Part shown: positions 20,070 through 33,278 of the stretch, piece after piece
How the letters are laid out: each line of letters begins with the position of its first letter
Position numbering within the stretch: the first letter of the stretch is position 1
Assembly: GCA_965203555.1 (NCBI GenBank)
Contig: CBDBCY010000004.1
Span: 416,001 to 480,000, forward strand
Origin: Acidimicrobiia bacterium
GTDB taxonomy: Bacteria > Actinomycetota > Acidimicrobiia > Spongiisociales > ZC4RG35
Reading direction: 5' to 3'
DNA length: 64,000 nt
The notes under the pieces: generated by a model
What the model saw: only the letters and a program-made list of their open reading frames with translations
Told to the model about the DNA's origin: nothing
Databases searched by the model: none
Translations under genes and position numbers: made by a program

Positions 20070-21386
20070 TCAATTATTGGTGGAACTCCATTCGGTACGG
20101 CCGGCGCGAGCTTTGTCCACGTTAACCAGACTCAGTAGCACGAATCCCACCACGAAGAAAATTACCAGCGACAACACGCCCGGTCGGCTGGAACCGGTCA
20201 CCTGTCGGAAGGTCGCAAAGATGATGGGCCCCCAGATAGCGGAGAACTTGGTGAACACGGAGAAGAATCCGAAGAACTCGGACGAAGCCTGCTCGGGGAT
20301 GATCGACCCGTACAGACTGCGGCTCAGCGCCTGGGTGCCGCCCATCACCACCCCGATGACCATTCCCAGAGCCAACAGGGGAAGGTTCTGCCCCACCGGC
20401 AGGTAATAGGCGGCGACCAGCACGCCCGTCCACACCACCAAGGCGATCAACACCGATCGCTTGGGACCGATCCGATCGGATAACCGCCCGAACATCAGCG
20501 CTCCGAAAAAAGCCGTGAACTGCACGATGAGCAGCAAAAGGGCAATGAAAGCAGTGCTGATCTCCAGCGTTTCCGACGCGTAGATGGCGGAGATGCTTAT
20601 GACCGTCTGCACGCCGTCTATATAGAAGATATAGGCCACCACGAACAGCAGCAGTTGCTTGTGTCCCGAAAGCCTCCGGCAGGTACTCCAGGTACGGCTG
20701 AAACCGATTCGCATGTAGGCGAGAACCCGACTCTGACCTTCTTCGGTTCCCAGCGCTCCCTGGGATTCTCCAATCTCCTGCATTCTCCGGAAGGCGTACC
20801 ACGAAAAACCTGCCCACCACAATCCCGACCCACCGATAGCCAGTCGGGCGGCCATATCCTCCTCAAATCCCAGGTTCTCGGAGTAGAAGATGAAGATCAA
20901 GGCCAGCAGCAGATAGATGCCGCCTCCTATATACCCGTATGCGTAACCCTTGGAACTGACCCCGTCAATGGTGTCGTCAGTACTGATATTCGGAAGCATG
21001 CCGTCGTAGAAGACATTGCCGGCCGCGAGCCCGAAGTGGGAAGCCAGGAACATCACGATGGCCAGCAGCACATCGCCGCTGGCGACGAAAGCGAAACATG
21101 TGACGAACAGCGCGCCCCCGTAGGCAAAGACCCTCAGGAACATCAGGCGTCGGGCGCTGTAGTCGGCTATCGCTCCCAACACGGGGGTTATCAAGAACAG
21201 CCCCAAGGAGATCAGCCCGACCATGTATCCCCACAGAGACTCGGCGCTGAAACCCATCCAACCTTCTTCAGGAACGATCACCGACGCGAAATAGGCTGGA
21301 AGGATCCCCGCTGCAATAACGACATACCCGGAATTGGCCCAGTCGTACATGGCCCACCCGAAAATGGTGCGTCGATCGTTCCGCAT
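20070..21386 (-). CDS. MFS transporter (UMF1/ATG22-like)
   Basis: WAMYDWANS, PVLGAIAD, GGTQALSRS, EFFGFFS. Confidence 0.9.
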   Translation of the reverse strand: MRNDRRTIFGWAMYDWANSGYVVIAAGILPAYFASVIVPEEGWMGFSAESLWGYMVGLISLGLFLITPVLGAIADYSARRLMFLRVFAYGGALFVTCFAFVASGDVLLAIVMFLASHFGLAAGNVFYDGMLPNISTDDTIDGVSSKGYAYGYIGGGIYLLLALIFIFYSENLGFEEDMAARLAIGGSGLWWAGFSWYAFRRMQEIGESQGALGTEEGQSRVLAYMRIGFSRTWSTCRRLSGHKQLLLFVVAYIFYIDGVQTVISISAIYASETLEISTAFIALLLLIVQFTAFFGALMFGRLSDRIGPKRSVLIALVVWTGVLVAAYYLPVGQNLPLLALGMVIGVVMGGTQALSRSLYGSIIPEQASSEFFGFFSVFTKFSAIWGPIIFATFRQVTGSSRPGVLSLVIFFVVGFVLLSLVNVDKARAGRTEWSSTNN

Positions 21387-21555
21387 CTGAGATAGAACAT
21401 TACTCGCCAGCGTTCGCCGCCCCCGGCAGCGGCCTTGCCCACCGGACTCGGGCATTCAATCTCCTGCTAGTCTCCGCCCGGCCCGACGCCTCTTTCCGGC
21501 GCCGGGCGTCTTTTATGATCTTTGTATCCTGTCCCGTTCACATTTGTAGAGAGTC

Positions 21556-22386
21556 ATGGCTTTCTTTCTCGCCGGCCTGACCTCTCTTCTCTACGGGTTA
21601 TGTGATTTCGCCGGGGGTTTGGCCACCCGCCGCGCGCCGGTTCTGGCGGTGACGCTATGGGCCAACCTGGTTGGCCTGGGAATCGCGCTATTCGTCTCCG
21701 TGATACACCATCTCGTGCTGGGAGATTCCCCTACCCTTGCCGACCTGGCCTGGGGGCTGGGCAGTGGAGTGGCGGGAGTCGGCGCCCTCGCCATGTACTT
21801 CCAGGGAATGGCCAAGGGCCAGATGGCCGTGGTGGCGCCTGTTTCGGCGGTCACCCTGGCGGTGGTTCCTCTGCTCTTCGGAGTCTTGACAGGCGAACGC
21901 TACGGTGTGCTGTCGTGGGTGGGAGTGGCGGTGGCTCTTCCTGCTCTATGGCTCACCGTTCGACAGAGAAGAGATGATCAACGGCCTGGCAAGGCGATCT
22001 ATGGCTTGGCGGCGGGCCTTGTTTTCTCGCTCTTTTTGATCGGTATCGCCCAAACCTCGTCCGAAGCCGGGATGTGGCCATTAGTGGCGGTGCGGATCGG
22101 AGGGCTGGCTCTGTTGACACTCCTCCTGACAGTACGCAGAACATCACCCACCCTTCCCCGAGAGGTTCGCCCACTGGCTTTCCTGGCCGGCGGTGACATT
22201 CTGGCCAACCTCACCTATCTCTTGGCGGTCCGGATCGGCCCGTTCGGCCTGGTGGCGGTGGCGTCCTCGTTCTACCCGGTGGTGATCGCAGTGATGGCCC
22301 GGTTCGTGGAAAAGGAAAAGATGTCACCCACCCGAATCCTGGGGCTCACCCTTTCCATGATCTCCCTGGTCCTGATCGCACTCTGA
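21556..22386 (+). CDS. EamA/DMT family transporter (paralogue 1)
   Basis: DFAGGLATRR, MAVVAPVSA, SFYPVV; 10 TM segments. Confidence 0.88.
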   Translation: MAFFLAGLTSLLYGLCDFAGGLATRRAPVLAVTLWANLVGLGIALFVSVIHHLVLGDSPTLADLAWGLGSGVAGVGALAMYFQGMAKGQMAVVAPVSAVTLAVVPLLFGVLTGERYGVLSWVGVAVALPALWLTVRQRRDDQRPGKAIYGLAAGLVFSLFLIGIAQTSSEAGMWPLVAVRIGGLALLTLLLTVRRTSPTLPREVRPLAFLAGGDILANLTYLLAVRIGPFGLVAVASSFYPVVIAVMARFVEKEKMSPTRILGLTLSMISLVLIAL

Positions 22387-22389
22387 CCC

Positions 22390-23223
22390 ATGGCCCTTGC
22401 GCTGGCAGGACTGACCGCTCTCATCTATGGGTCCTGCCATTTCGCCGGAGGAACGGCAACCCGCCGCGCCCCGGTTCTGGCAGTCACCTTCTGGGCCAAC
22501 CTTATCGGGTTGGGCATAGCTGCGGTTGCATCAATCATCCATCATCAAGTGATCGGCGCCTCCTTAACCCTGACCGATGTGGCTTGGGGGGCACTGACCG
22601 GCGTGGCTGGCCTAGTGGGAGTTGTTTTCCAGTTTCAAGGCCTCGCAAAAGGTCAGATGGCAGTGGTGGCGCCGGTCTCCGCGGTGACTCAGGCCACAGT
22701 TCCCTTTCTGTTTGCGGTTGTCACTGGAGAGCAACACGGAGCGATGGCGTGGTTGGGGCTGTCAGTGGCGATTCCAGCCCTGTGGTTGACCGTCCATCGA
22801 CAACGGGACCAGGACCGCCCGGGCAGAGCCCTGTATGGACTGGCTGCGGGCCTGGCTCTGTCCGTATGGTTCATTGCCATCGCGCAAACCTCGCCGCAAG
22901 CCGGACTATGGCCGGTCCTCACACTCAGAGGAACCGGTCTCATCCTTCTGGGAGTTCTGCTGCTGATCCGCCGGGAACCGCCTACGCTGCCTCCGAATGC
23001 TCGTCCTCTGGCGCTCGCTTCTGGCGCTTACACCTTGGCGAACATCACCTATCTGGCGGCGGTGCACATCGGACCGTTCGGCCTGGTGACATTGGCCACT
23101 TCCTTTTACCCGGCCGTCACTGTTCTGCTGGCCCTGGTGGTAGCCAAAGAGAAGGTGTCTCCTCAACGGATGACGGGACTGGCGCTTTCGGTCGCTTCCC
23201 TGGCTCTTATAACCTCCAGTTGA
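22390..23223 (+). CDS. EamA/DMT family transporter (paralogue 2)
   Basis: HFAGGTATRR, MAVVAPVSA, SFYPAVTV. Confidence 0.88.
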   Translation: MALALAGLTALIYGSCHFAGGTATRRAPVLAVTFWANLIGLGIAAVASIIHHQVIGASLTLTDVAWGALTGVAGLVGVVFQFQGLAKGQMAVVAPVSAVTQATVPFLFAVVTGEQHGAMAWLGLSVAIPALWLTVHRQRDQDRPGRALYGLAAGLALSVWFIAIAQTSPQAGLWPVLTLRGTGLILLGVLLLIRREPPTLPPNARPLALASGAYTLANITYLAAVHIGPFGLVTLATSFYPAVTVLLALVVAKEKVSPQRMTGLALSVASLALITSS

Positions 23224-23406
23224 GGGTTTGGTCGGGGAAATTCGCAGACCGCCGAAGGCTCGACAAGATCCTGACCGGGTCGGAACACTTGGGCGGCGAT
23301 CCTCCCGGTTGGTTCTCAGATCCAATCGCGTACCCGCCCGGGAGACTGATTCCCAGGCATATGATGTGTGCATGCCCCAGCGCGCAACCCTCTGTACCGG
23401 AGCCTC

Positions 23407-24237
23407 ATGGCCATCTTCCTGGCCGCGCTGACATCTGTTCTCTACGGGGTGTTCGATTTCGCCGGGGGCATGGCCACGCGTCGCGCCTCCGTATTCTCGG
23501 TCGCCTTTTGGTCCAATGTCTCGGGCTTGGCTTTGTCCGTTGTCATCGCCTTTGCCAACTTCCTCGTGGTGGGAACCGCCGCCACCGTCTCCGACCTTGC
23601 TTGGGGAGCATTCAGCGGGGTGGCCGGAGTCATCGGAGTGATCTTCTACTTCCAGGGCCTGGCCAAGGGCCGGATGGCGGTGGTTTCTCCGGTTTCCGCC
23701 ATCACTCTCTCCCTGGTTCCCTTCCTGTTCGGCTTCCTGACCGGAGAACGCTATGCCCTTCTGGCATGGATCGGAGTAGCTCTGGCGGGCCCAGCCATGT
23801 GGTTGACTGTTTCCACCAGGCAACGGGCCAACCGACCGGGGAAGGCGGCATACGGACTGGGCGCCGGTCTGGCTTTCTCCCTGGTCTTCATCGGCATGGC
23901 CCAAATACCGGCGGCGGCCGGATTCTGGCCGTTGATCCCCTTAAAGGTCTGCAGTCTCGTTGCCGCGGGAATTCTGGTGAAGGTCCGACGAGTTCCGCTC
24001 AAGATGCCAAGAAAGCAATTTGCTTTGGCTTTCGCCGCCGGGGGCACCGTGCTGGCCAATCTCACCTACTTGCTCGCAGTGCAGATCGGACCGCTGGGAC
24101 TTGTGGCTGTGGCGTCATCCCTCTATCCGGCGGTGGTAGCTGTCATGGCTTTCCTGGTTTATAGGGAAAGCGTCCCGTTACAGCGCCTAACGGGTCTGAT
24201 GTTGTCCCTGGTCGCCCTATCCCTGATAGCCCTCTGA
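23407..24237 (+). CDS. EamA/DMT family transporter (paralogue 3)
   Basis: DFAGGMATRR, MAVVSPVSA, SLYPAVV. Confidence 0.88.
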   Translation: MAIFLAALTSVLYGVFDFAGGMATRRASVFSVAFWSNVSGLALSVVIAFANFLVVGTAATVSDLAWGAFSGVAGVIGVIFYFQGLAKGRMAVVSPVSAITLSLVPFLFGFLTGERYALLAWIGVALAGPAMWLTVSTRQRANRPGKAAYGLGAGLAFSLVFIGMAQIPAAAGFWPLIPLKVCSLVAAGILVKVRRVPLKMPRKQFALAFAAGGTVLANLTYLLAVQIGPLGLVAVASSLYPAVVAVMAFLVYRESVPLQRLTGLMLSLVALSLIAL

Positions 24238-24249
24238 CACCAATCCCGT

Positions 24250-24684
24250 TCAACGAAGAACCAATCGGGCGCCCAGAATCAAAAACATTATGCCCAGCAG
24301 TTTGGTGAGAGAGATCTCCCTCACCGAGGCGCCCAACCATCCGAAGTGATCGATGATCGTTCCGCCGGTCAACTGGGCGGTCACCAACAGCATGGAACCG
24401 GCCAGCACCCCCACCCGGGAGACCGTGAAGGCGATGCTGCTTATGATCACGATACCGCTGATTCCCGCCAGAAACAGGTACGGTGGGACCTCTCGCCACT
24501 CGGCCAGAGTGGGGCCGCGGATCGCCAGCAGGATCACCGCCATCGCCACCGCTCCCACAATGAAGTTGGCGGCCGTGCCCGCCATCATCCCCACCCGTTG
24601 TTCGAATTCCCCCATCATCTGACTCTGGACCGCGGCCACGACTCCTCCCAGCAATCCGAACAGTACTACGGCCGCCGCGCTCAC
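24250..24684 (-). CDS. DMT family transporter (DUF606/YdcZ-like)
   Basis: AVQSQMMG, PPYLFLAG, AQLTGGTIIDHFGWLG. Confidence 0.85.
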   Translation of the reverse strand: MSAAAVVLFGLLGGVVAAVQSQMMGEFEQRVGMMAGTAANFIVGAVAMAVILLAIRGPTLAEWREVPPYLFLAGISGIVIISSIAFTVSRVGVLAGSMLLVTAQLTGGTIIDHFGWLGASVREISLTKLLGIMFLILGARLVLR

Positions 24685-24785
24685 CGTCAGGAGCCTAACC
24701 GGTGGGCCGAACACATTTTTGCATTGATATTTGCCACGCCTATTGAGACCCTGTGTTACTCTTACAAAAAGTAAAGCCGTTGAAG

Positions 24786-24962
24786 CTGCGCGGGAGAGTC
24801 TCGCTGGTCGAGACGCCGAAGGGGCAAGTCCTCCCGGGAATCTCTCAGGCAAACGGACCGCGTTGACGAGGCAATGCTGAAGAGGGCGGGCGCCACCGCC
24901 GCCGAAGGAGCAAGTTCCTTTCCCGAAAGGAGCGAAAACTCTCAGGCAAACGGGACAGCAGG
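24786..24962 (+). ncRNA. Tandem glycine riboswitch
   Basis: Two aptamers each with GAGAG/GAAGAG...GCCGAAG(G/A)GCAAG...CTCTCAGGCAAA motifs, directly upstream of gcvP. Confidence 0.95.
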
Positions 24963-24994
24963 GAGGATGGACATCCGCGTCCCCAGGAGGTGCA

Positions 24995-27844
<2,850 letters not shown>

Positions 27845-27997
27845 GAGGCGGGAGTATTTGCTGTTGGACTGACCTGGTGCGGGGATGACGAGGTTGGAAA
27901 ACAGCATTCCGTGTTGGTCTACAAAAGGTAGTAGTTGTTGTTACATCCCTGTTGGTACAATGGGGGACAGTACAGAAATGAATGTGAGGATGCCTTG

Positions 27998-28594
27998 ATG
28001 CTCAGCAGCACAAAGGAATTGCGAAGCCTTGTGAGCAAAGCTCAAGAAGCAACCAAAGACCTGGACAATGACCTAAGGAGAGTTGCTTTTGAGCGGGTTC
28101 TCAATCATCTCCTTGAGAGCAGGACTGCTGGTGTAGCTGTGCAAAATCGTGACGCATCCTCCGAAATCACGGAAACGATCAACAACAAGGCAGATGGCGT
28201 TTTGGCCGATGAACAACAGCGGATCGACGCTTTGGCGCGCTATTTCAAGATATCTCCTGAAGAGGTTCGATACATTTTCGACACCTCGGAAGAACAACCC
28301 AAGCTGATGCTGGCAACAAAACACCTGGCAAAGGCAAAAGCCCACGCTACACAGGAGATAACTCTGCTGATAGCAGGTGCACTTACTGCGCTGGGACAAC
28401 AAACCACTACCTCCCACATAAGAAACGTGGCCGACGATTACGACAGGCTTGACGGCCCCAATTTCATGGCGGCCCTCGGAAAGATGCCGGGAATCTCAGT
28501 CCTGGGAAGGCCAGGATCCCAAAACCGGATTGTCCGGATGAAAGTTACCGGTGCTGAGGCCGCCCAAACCCTAGCCCAGCGAATAGTCAGTTGA
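27998..28594 (+). CDS. Hypothetical protein (accessory; possible C-terminal winged helix)
   Basis: Open 198-aa ORF, visibly more AT-rich; upstream TGGTACAAT extended -10-like box. Confidence 0.7.
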   Translation: MLSSTKELRSLVSKAQEATKDLDNDLRRVAFERVLNHLLESRTAGVAVQNRDASSEITETINNKADGVLADEQQRIDALARYFKISPEEVRYIFDTSEEQPKLMLATKHLAKAKAHATQEITLLIAGALTALGQQTTTSHIRNVADDYDRLDGPNFMAALGKMPGISVLGRPGSQNRIVRMKVTGAEAAQTLAQRIVS

Positions 28595-28669
28595 CCACCC
28601 ACAAAGAGGGGGAGGGGTGAAGGCACTGGGCTGGCGGCAACCAAGGCCCACCGGCCCCACTCGCTTCTA

Positions 28670-28873
28670 TTGATTTCCATTGACGACCTTCACTCGGAAG
28701 TTGCTATTGCACGCGGCCTTTTCAGGGATGGGCACTATGACGACGCCGTGAGAAAGGCTTCCCAGCGCTTCGTGAATAGAGTGCAGGAGTTGGCAGGCCG
28801 ACCCGATCTCGACGGAGTCGGGTTAATGCACCACTCCTACCCAGGCAGTCAGAAACGTCGTTACACATCATGA
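28670..28873 (+). pseudogene. TIGR02391-family protein N-terminal fragment
   Basis: LHSEVAIARGLFRDGHYDDAVRKA...VQELAGRPDLDGVGLM, then truncated. Confidence 0.65.
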
Positions 28874-29055
28874 CGACTACGGTTTGAGCGCTGTTCCAGC
28901 ATTAGAGTGGTTGGCATTCATTAGCGCGTTGCATCGCCGCTTGGACCAGGCCCAACAGATTCCTCAACAGCAAGCGGGAGTCCCGTTGTCACTTCCAGGA
29001 GATCCGATCGCACCACCTTGAGTTGGGTAATCCTGAATTCAAAGCGTAAACCTGG

Positions 29056-29265
29056 TCAGTCGCCGTTTTGCACTCGGCGGGCAAGACGCCGGGCTAGCTC
29101 CTGTGCCTCGGCAACCTCTTCCGGACAAGGTTCACCTACTTCTGCGACCAGTTCGCTCAGGTATCGCTCGGTCTCCTCCAGCAGTCGCCGACGCTTCTTC
29201 TTGTCTCGTATAGCTTGCCTGCGCAAACGGTAGGGTTCTTTGCCACCTCCTTGAGCGACGGGCAT
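29056..29265 (-). CDS. Putative orphan/truncated antitoxin-like small protein
   Basis: YLSELVAEVGEPCPEEVAEAQE resembles the C-terminus of actinobacterial antitoxins that precede PIN toxins; no toxin ORF follows. Confidence 0.4.
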   Translation of the reverse strand: MPVAQGGGKEPYRLRRQAIRDKKKRRRLLEETERYLSELVAEVGEPCPEEVAEAQELARRLARRVQNGD

Positions 29266-29387
29266 TTCAGTGATCACTCCCTTGAGGGTCGGGCAAGCGC
29301 ATGTCGATCCGACGACTCTAGCATCTGCAATCTGGTATTCCGTACAGCCGGTAGGATTCACTCAATCCTGAGAGGAAGAAAGCCCAC

Positions 29388-29903
29388 ATGGACCGCGTTC
29401 CCCGTCGACTAGCTACTCCCGTGATCCACCCTTCGGCATTCATCGCCTCTACGGCCAGGATTTTCGGCGATGTGGTGGTGGAGGCCGAGGCGGTGGTGAT
29501 GTTCGGAGTGGTGATACGGGCCGAGACCGATCGGGTCGTGGTGGGGGAGGAGACCAACCTTCAGGACAACACCGTGCTCCACACCGATGACGGATATCCG
29601 ACGCTGATCGGCAGGCGGGTGACGGTGGGTCATCTGGCCCTGGTGCATGGGGCGGTGGTGGGGGACAACTGCTTGATCGGGATGGGCGCCATCGCTCTGA
29701 ACGGGTCGGTGATGGGAGAGGGATCATGGCTGGCGGCCGGCTCGCTGCTCGGAGAGGGAAAAAAAATACCACCCTGGACCATCGCCGTGGGAACACCGGC
29801 CCGTCCGCTGCGAGAACTTCGGCCGCAGGAAATCGAACGGGCCGAGATGGGCATCGAGGAGTATCTGACCCTGGGGGCGACCTACCGGCGAGTGGAGGGC
29901 TGA
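29388..29903 (+). CDS. Gamma carbonic anhydrase family protein (PaaY/CaiE-like)
   Basis: Hexapeptide repeats, NLQDNTVLH, VTVGHLALVHGA. Confidence 0.9.
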   Translation: MDRVPRRLATPVIHPSAFIASTARIFGDVVVEAEAVVMFGVVIRAETDRVVVGEETNLQDNTVLHTDDGYPTLIGRRVTVGHLALVHGAVVGDNCLIGMGAIALNGSVMGEGSWLAAGSLLGEGKKIPPWTIAVGTPARPLRELRPQEIERAEMGIEEYLTLGATYRRVEG

Positions 29904-29934
29904 GAACGATCCACCTCCCGGACTTCACACCAGG

Positions 29935-30648
29935 TCACCTGACCGGCGCGCCCACCGTCAGTTCCTGAACCTGGAAGGATCCGCCTCCGTGCCGGCGCAG
30001 GTGGTCGGGTCGCCCGGCCAGGACGGGAAAGGTCCCGAAATGCATGGGAATAACCGTCTCCACTCCCAGCAGGCCGGCCGCTCTGGCCGCCGACCGCGGG
30101 TCCATGGTGAAATGACCTCCGATCGGAAGGCAGGCGATATTCGGTTCCCAAAGCTCTCCGATCAATTCCATGTCTCCGAAAACATCGGTGTCTCCGGCGT
30201 GATAGACGATCGGTCCCCCGGGAAAGTCCAGCACCCAACCGCCTGCCGCACCACCGTTGATCATTCCTTCCTCTCCATAGATGCCGGAGGAATGAACGGC
30301 GTGAACGAAGGTGGCTTTCACCCCGCCCGGCGCCGACACCGTACCGCCCTTGTTGAGAGGAACTGTTTGCTCGTCCTCCAAACCTTGTTGCATCAGCCAC
30401 CGTTTTATCTCAAAGATCGAAAAGACCGTGGCGCCGGTGGACCGGGCAATGGATGCAGCGTCTCCCAGGTGGTCGCGATGGCCGTGGGTAACAAAAATGG
30501 CATCGGCCTTGTCCGGGTATTTCTCCTCGGTGGGGCAGAGGGGATTGGCCCGTAGAAACGGGTCGATCAAAAGGGTGACTCCCTCCTCGACTCGAAACCG
30601 GAAGGCGGCATGTCCCAGCCAGGTGATCTCAACACCATGCAGTTTCAT
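29935..30648 (-). CDS. Metallo-beta-lactamase-fold hydrolase (UPF0173/UlaG-like)
   Basis: [37 protein letters not shown]. Confidence 0.92.
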   Translation of the reverse strand: MKLHGVEITWLGHAAFRFRVEEGVTLLIDPFLRANPLCPTEEKYPDKADAIFVTHGHRDHLGDAASIARSTGATVFSIFEIKRWLMQQGLEDEQTVPLNKGGTVSAPGGVKATFVHAVHSSGIYGEEGMINGGAAGGWVLDFPGGPIVYHAGDTDVFGDMELIGELWEPNIACLPIGGHFTMDPRSAARAAGLLGVETVIPMHFGTFPVLAGRPDHLRRHGGGSFQVQELTVGAPVR

Positions 30649-30689
30649 GTTCTCTCCTTGAATCGTTGTGCACTCATGACACTACCGCT

Positions 30690-30718
30690 TTGACCAACGA
30701 ACGGTCGTTTGTTAATAT
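30690..30718 (+). promoter_or_regulatory. paa operon promoter with overlapping TetR (PaaR-type) operator
   Basis: TTGACC-N17-TAATAT; the spacer holds the palindrome AACGA-N4-TCGTT within an imperfect 26-bp inverted repeat; ATG at 30726 suggests a leaderless mRNA. Confidence 0.75.
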
Positions 30719-30725
30719 GGAGCGC

Positions 30726-31664
30726 ATGACAGACAGCCACCCGGGAAAAGCTCGTTTCGAGGCGCTTCTGGCTGCCGAGGAGAAGGTGGAACCTGCGGAT
30801 TGGATGCCCGACGGGTACCGCAAGACGCTGATCCGCCAGATCGCCCAGCACGCCCATTCCGAGGTGATCGGGATGCAGCCGGAAGGCAACTGGATAAGCC
30901 GGGCGCCCACACTCAAACGCAAAGCCATCCTGATGGCCAAGGTCCAGGACGAGGCCGGCCACGGCCTGTACCTCTACTCGGCGGCGGAGACGCTGGGCAT
31001 TACCCGGGACGAGATGATGCGCTTGCTCCACGAGGGTAAGCACAAATACTCATCCATCTTCAATTACCCCACGCTCAGTTGGGCCGATATAGGGTGCATC
31101 GGCTGGCTGGTCGACGGGGCGGCCATTACCAACCAGGTGATGCTCACCCGGTGCTCCTACGGGCCGTACGCGCGGGGGATGGTGCGGATCTGCAAGGAGG
31201 AGTCCTTCCATCAACGGCAGGGGTTCGAGATAATGGCCACCCTCAGCCGGGGAGCGCCCGCCCAGCGGGAGATGGCGCAGGACGGTTTGAATCGATGGTG
31301 GTGGCCGTCGCTGATGATGTTCGGACCGCATGACTCCGCCTCCACTCATGGCAAGCAGTCGATGGAATGGAAGATCAAACGGGTCTCCAACGACGAACTG
31401 CGACAGCAATTCGTCGACATGACCGTGCCGCAGGCCGAGTACCTGGGACTGACGGTCCCCGATCCGGACCTGCGCTGGAATCCCCGGCGCGGGCACTATG
31501 ACTTCGGCGAGATCGACTGGGAGGAGTTCTGGGCGGTGGTGAAGGGCAACGGACCAATGAACCGGGAACGGATCGCCCACAAGCGGGCCGCCTGGGACGA
31601 GGGCGCCTGGGTGAGGGAAGCCGCCGCGGCCTACGCCGCCCGCCAACGGGACGTGGTGGCCTGA
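30726..31664 (+). CDS. paaA: 1,2-phenylacetyl-CoA epoxidase subunit A
   Basis: [46 protein letters not shown]. Confidence 0.97.
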   Translation: MTDSHPGKARFEALLAAEEKVEPADWMPDGYRKTLIRQIAQHAHSEVIGMQPEGNWISRAPTLKRKAILMAKVQDEAGHGLYLYSAAETLGITRDEMMRLLHEGKHKYSSIFNYPTLSWADIGCIGWLVDGAAITNQVMLTRCSYGPYARGMVRICKEESFHQRQGFEIMATLSRGAPAQREMAQDGLNRWWWPSLMMFGPHDSASTHGKQSMEWKIKRVSNDELRQQFVDMTVPQAEYLGLTVPDPDLRWNPRRGHYDFGEIDWEEFWAVVKGNGPMNRERIAHKRAAWDEGAWVREAAAAYAARQRDVVA

Positions 31665-32014
31665 TGTCCTATTCGGTTCCCCGTTTGCCCGAAGAGGGGG
31701 ACCGAGACTTTTCTCCGCAGGGCAGGGACGGGTCCTCCGGTTGGCCTCTGTGGGAAGTGTTCATCCGGCAGAGAAGGGGCATGTCCCACGTCCATGCCGG
31801 GAGTCTGCATGCCCCGGACGCGGAGATGGCATTGCAGTCGGCGCGGGACGTGTATACCCGTCGAGGAAAAGGAGTGAGCCTGTGGGTAGTGCGATCGTCC
31901 GACATCACCGCCTCCGATACCGACGACGCGGGTTCCCTGTTCGAACCAACCGCCGACAAGCCTTACCGGGACGCCACCTTCTACCAGGTTCCCACCGAGG
32001 TCGAATGGCTGTAA
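31664..32014 (+). CDS. paaB: 1,2-phenylacetyl-CoA epoxidase subunit B
   Basis: WPLWEVFIR, HVHAGSLHAPDAEMAL, ARDVYTRR. Confidence 0.95.
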   Translation: MSYSVPRLPEEGDRDFSPQGRDGSSGWPLWEVFIRQRRGMSHVHAGSLHAPDAEMALQSARDVYTRRGKGVSLWVVRSSDITASDTDDAGSLFEPTADKPYRDATFYQVPTEVEWL

Positions 32015-32808
32015 CCGGAATCTCCCAGTCAGCCGCGGAAGCCTCCTCCGGACCCCTCGATTCCCTGCTGTTCCGCTACACCCTCTATCACGCCGATGAC
32101 AATCTCGTCCTGGCCCAGCGGATGTCGGGATGGATTTCCCGAGCCCACGACCTGGAAGAGGACATTGCCCTGGCCAACATCGCCCTGGATCTGCTGGGCC
32201 GGGCCCGGATGCTCTTGGAGTACGCCGGGCAACTGGAGGGCGCAGGCCGTACCGAAGACGATCTGGCCATGTTCCGATCCGAAAGGGAGTTCACCAACCT
32301 GCTGCTGGTGGAGCAACCCAACGGCGATTTCGCCCACACCATGGTCCGCCAGTTCCTCTTCGACGCCTATCAAATGGAACTGTGGAATCGTCTTGCGGAG
32401 TCGGCTGACCCCACCTTGGCCGCCATTGCCGGAAAGGCCGTGAAGGAGACCCGCTATCACCTTCGCCATTCATCGGCGTGGCTGGTCCGGTTGGGTAACG
32501 GAACCGAGGAGAGCCACGGGCGCACCCAGCTGGCCGTCGAGGACTTGTGGCGTTTCGTGCCGGAGATGTTCGACTCAGACGAGTTTTGCGACCACCTGAC
32601 CCGGGCCGGGATGGCGGTTTCTCCGTCGCTATTGCAACCTGCCTGGAACAGGTGGGTGCGGGACACCTTCTCGTCAGCAGAGCTTGAGATCCCCGGCGAC
32701 CGGTTCTCCCGTTCCGGCGGACGATCTGGATTTCACACCGAACACCTCGGGTATCTGCTGGCCGAGATGCAGTGGATGCAACGCTCCTATCCGGGGATGC
32801 AGTGGTGA
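32005..32808 (+). CDS. paaC: 1,2-phenylacetyl-CoA epoxidase subunit C
   Basis: LEEDIALANIALDLLG, EQPNGDFAHT, KETRYH, HTEHLGYLLAEMQ. Confidence 0.96.
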   Translation: MAVTGISQSAAEASSGPLDSLLFRYTLYHADDNLVLAQRMSGWISRAHDLEEDIALANIALDLLGRARMLLEYAGQLEGAGRTEDDLAMFRSEREFTNLLLVEQPNGDFAHTMVRQFLFDAYQMELWNRLAESADPTLAAIAGKAVKETRYHLRHSSAWLVRLGNGTEESHGRTQLAVEDLWRFVPEMFDSDEFCDHLTRAGMAVSPSLLQPAWNRWVRDTFSSAELEIPGDRFSRSGGRSGFHTEHLGYLLAEMQWMQRSYPGMQW

Positions 32809-33278
32809 TCGACGCCCGGCAACTGCAGCGCCGATTGGAGGCGGTGCCCGACCCCGAGCTTCCCTGGGTAACCATCTCGGACCTGGGAGTGCTCCGCCGC
32901 GCGGTTGTCGAAGAAGCACGCGTGGTGGTGGAAGTCACACCGACCTGGTCGGGATGTCCGGCCATGGACGCCATCAGAGAGTCCATCCGCCTGGTGTTGG
33001 ACGGCGCGGGTTACAAACCTGAGCAGGTCGAAATCAATACCAGCTTCAGTCCGGCCTGGACTACGGATGACATCACCGACGCCGGTCGGCGTAAGTTGGC
33101 CCGAGCCGGTATCGCTCCGCCCCGCAAACCCGCCGAAAAACCGCTGGGCGATACCGTCTGTCCTCTATGCCAATCCTCGAGGGTGCGGGAAGTGAGCGAA
33201 TTCGGATCCACGCCCTGCAAGGCTCTGATGGCGTGCCGCAGTTGCCTGGAACCATTCGATCGCTTCAAGGAGTTGTGA
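32805..33278 (+). CDS. paaD: Phenylacetate-CoA oxygenase subunit PaaD/PaaJ
   Basis: VPDPELP, TPTWSGCPAM, PAWTTD, CPLC, FGSTPCKAL..C..CLEPF. Confidence 0.95.
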   Translation: MIDARQLQRRLEAVPDPELPWVTISDLGVLRRAVVEEARVVVEVTPTWSGCPAMDAIRESIRLVLDGAGYKPEQVEINTSFSPAWTTDDITDAGRRKLARAGIAPPRKPAEKPLGDTVCPLCQSSRVREVSEFGSTPCKALMACRSCLEPFDRFKEL

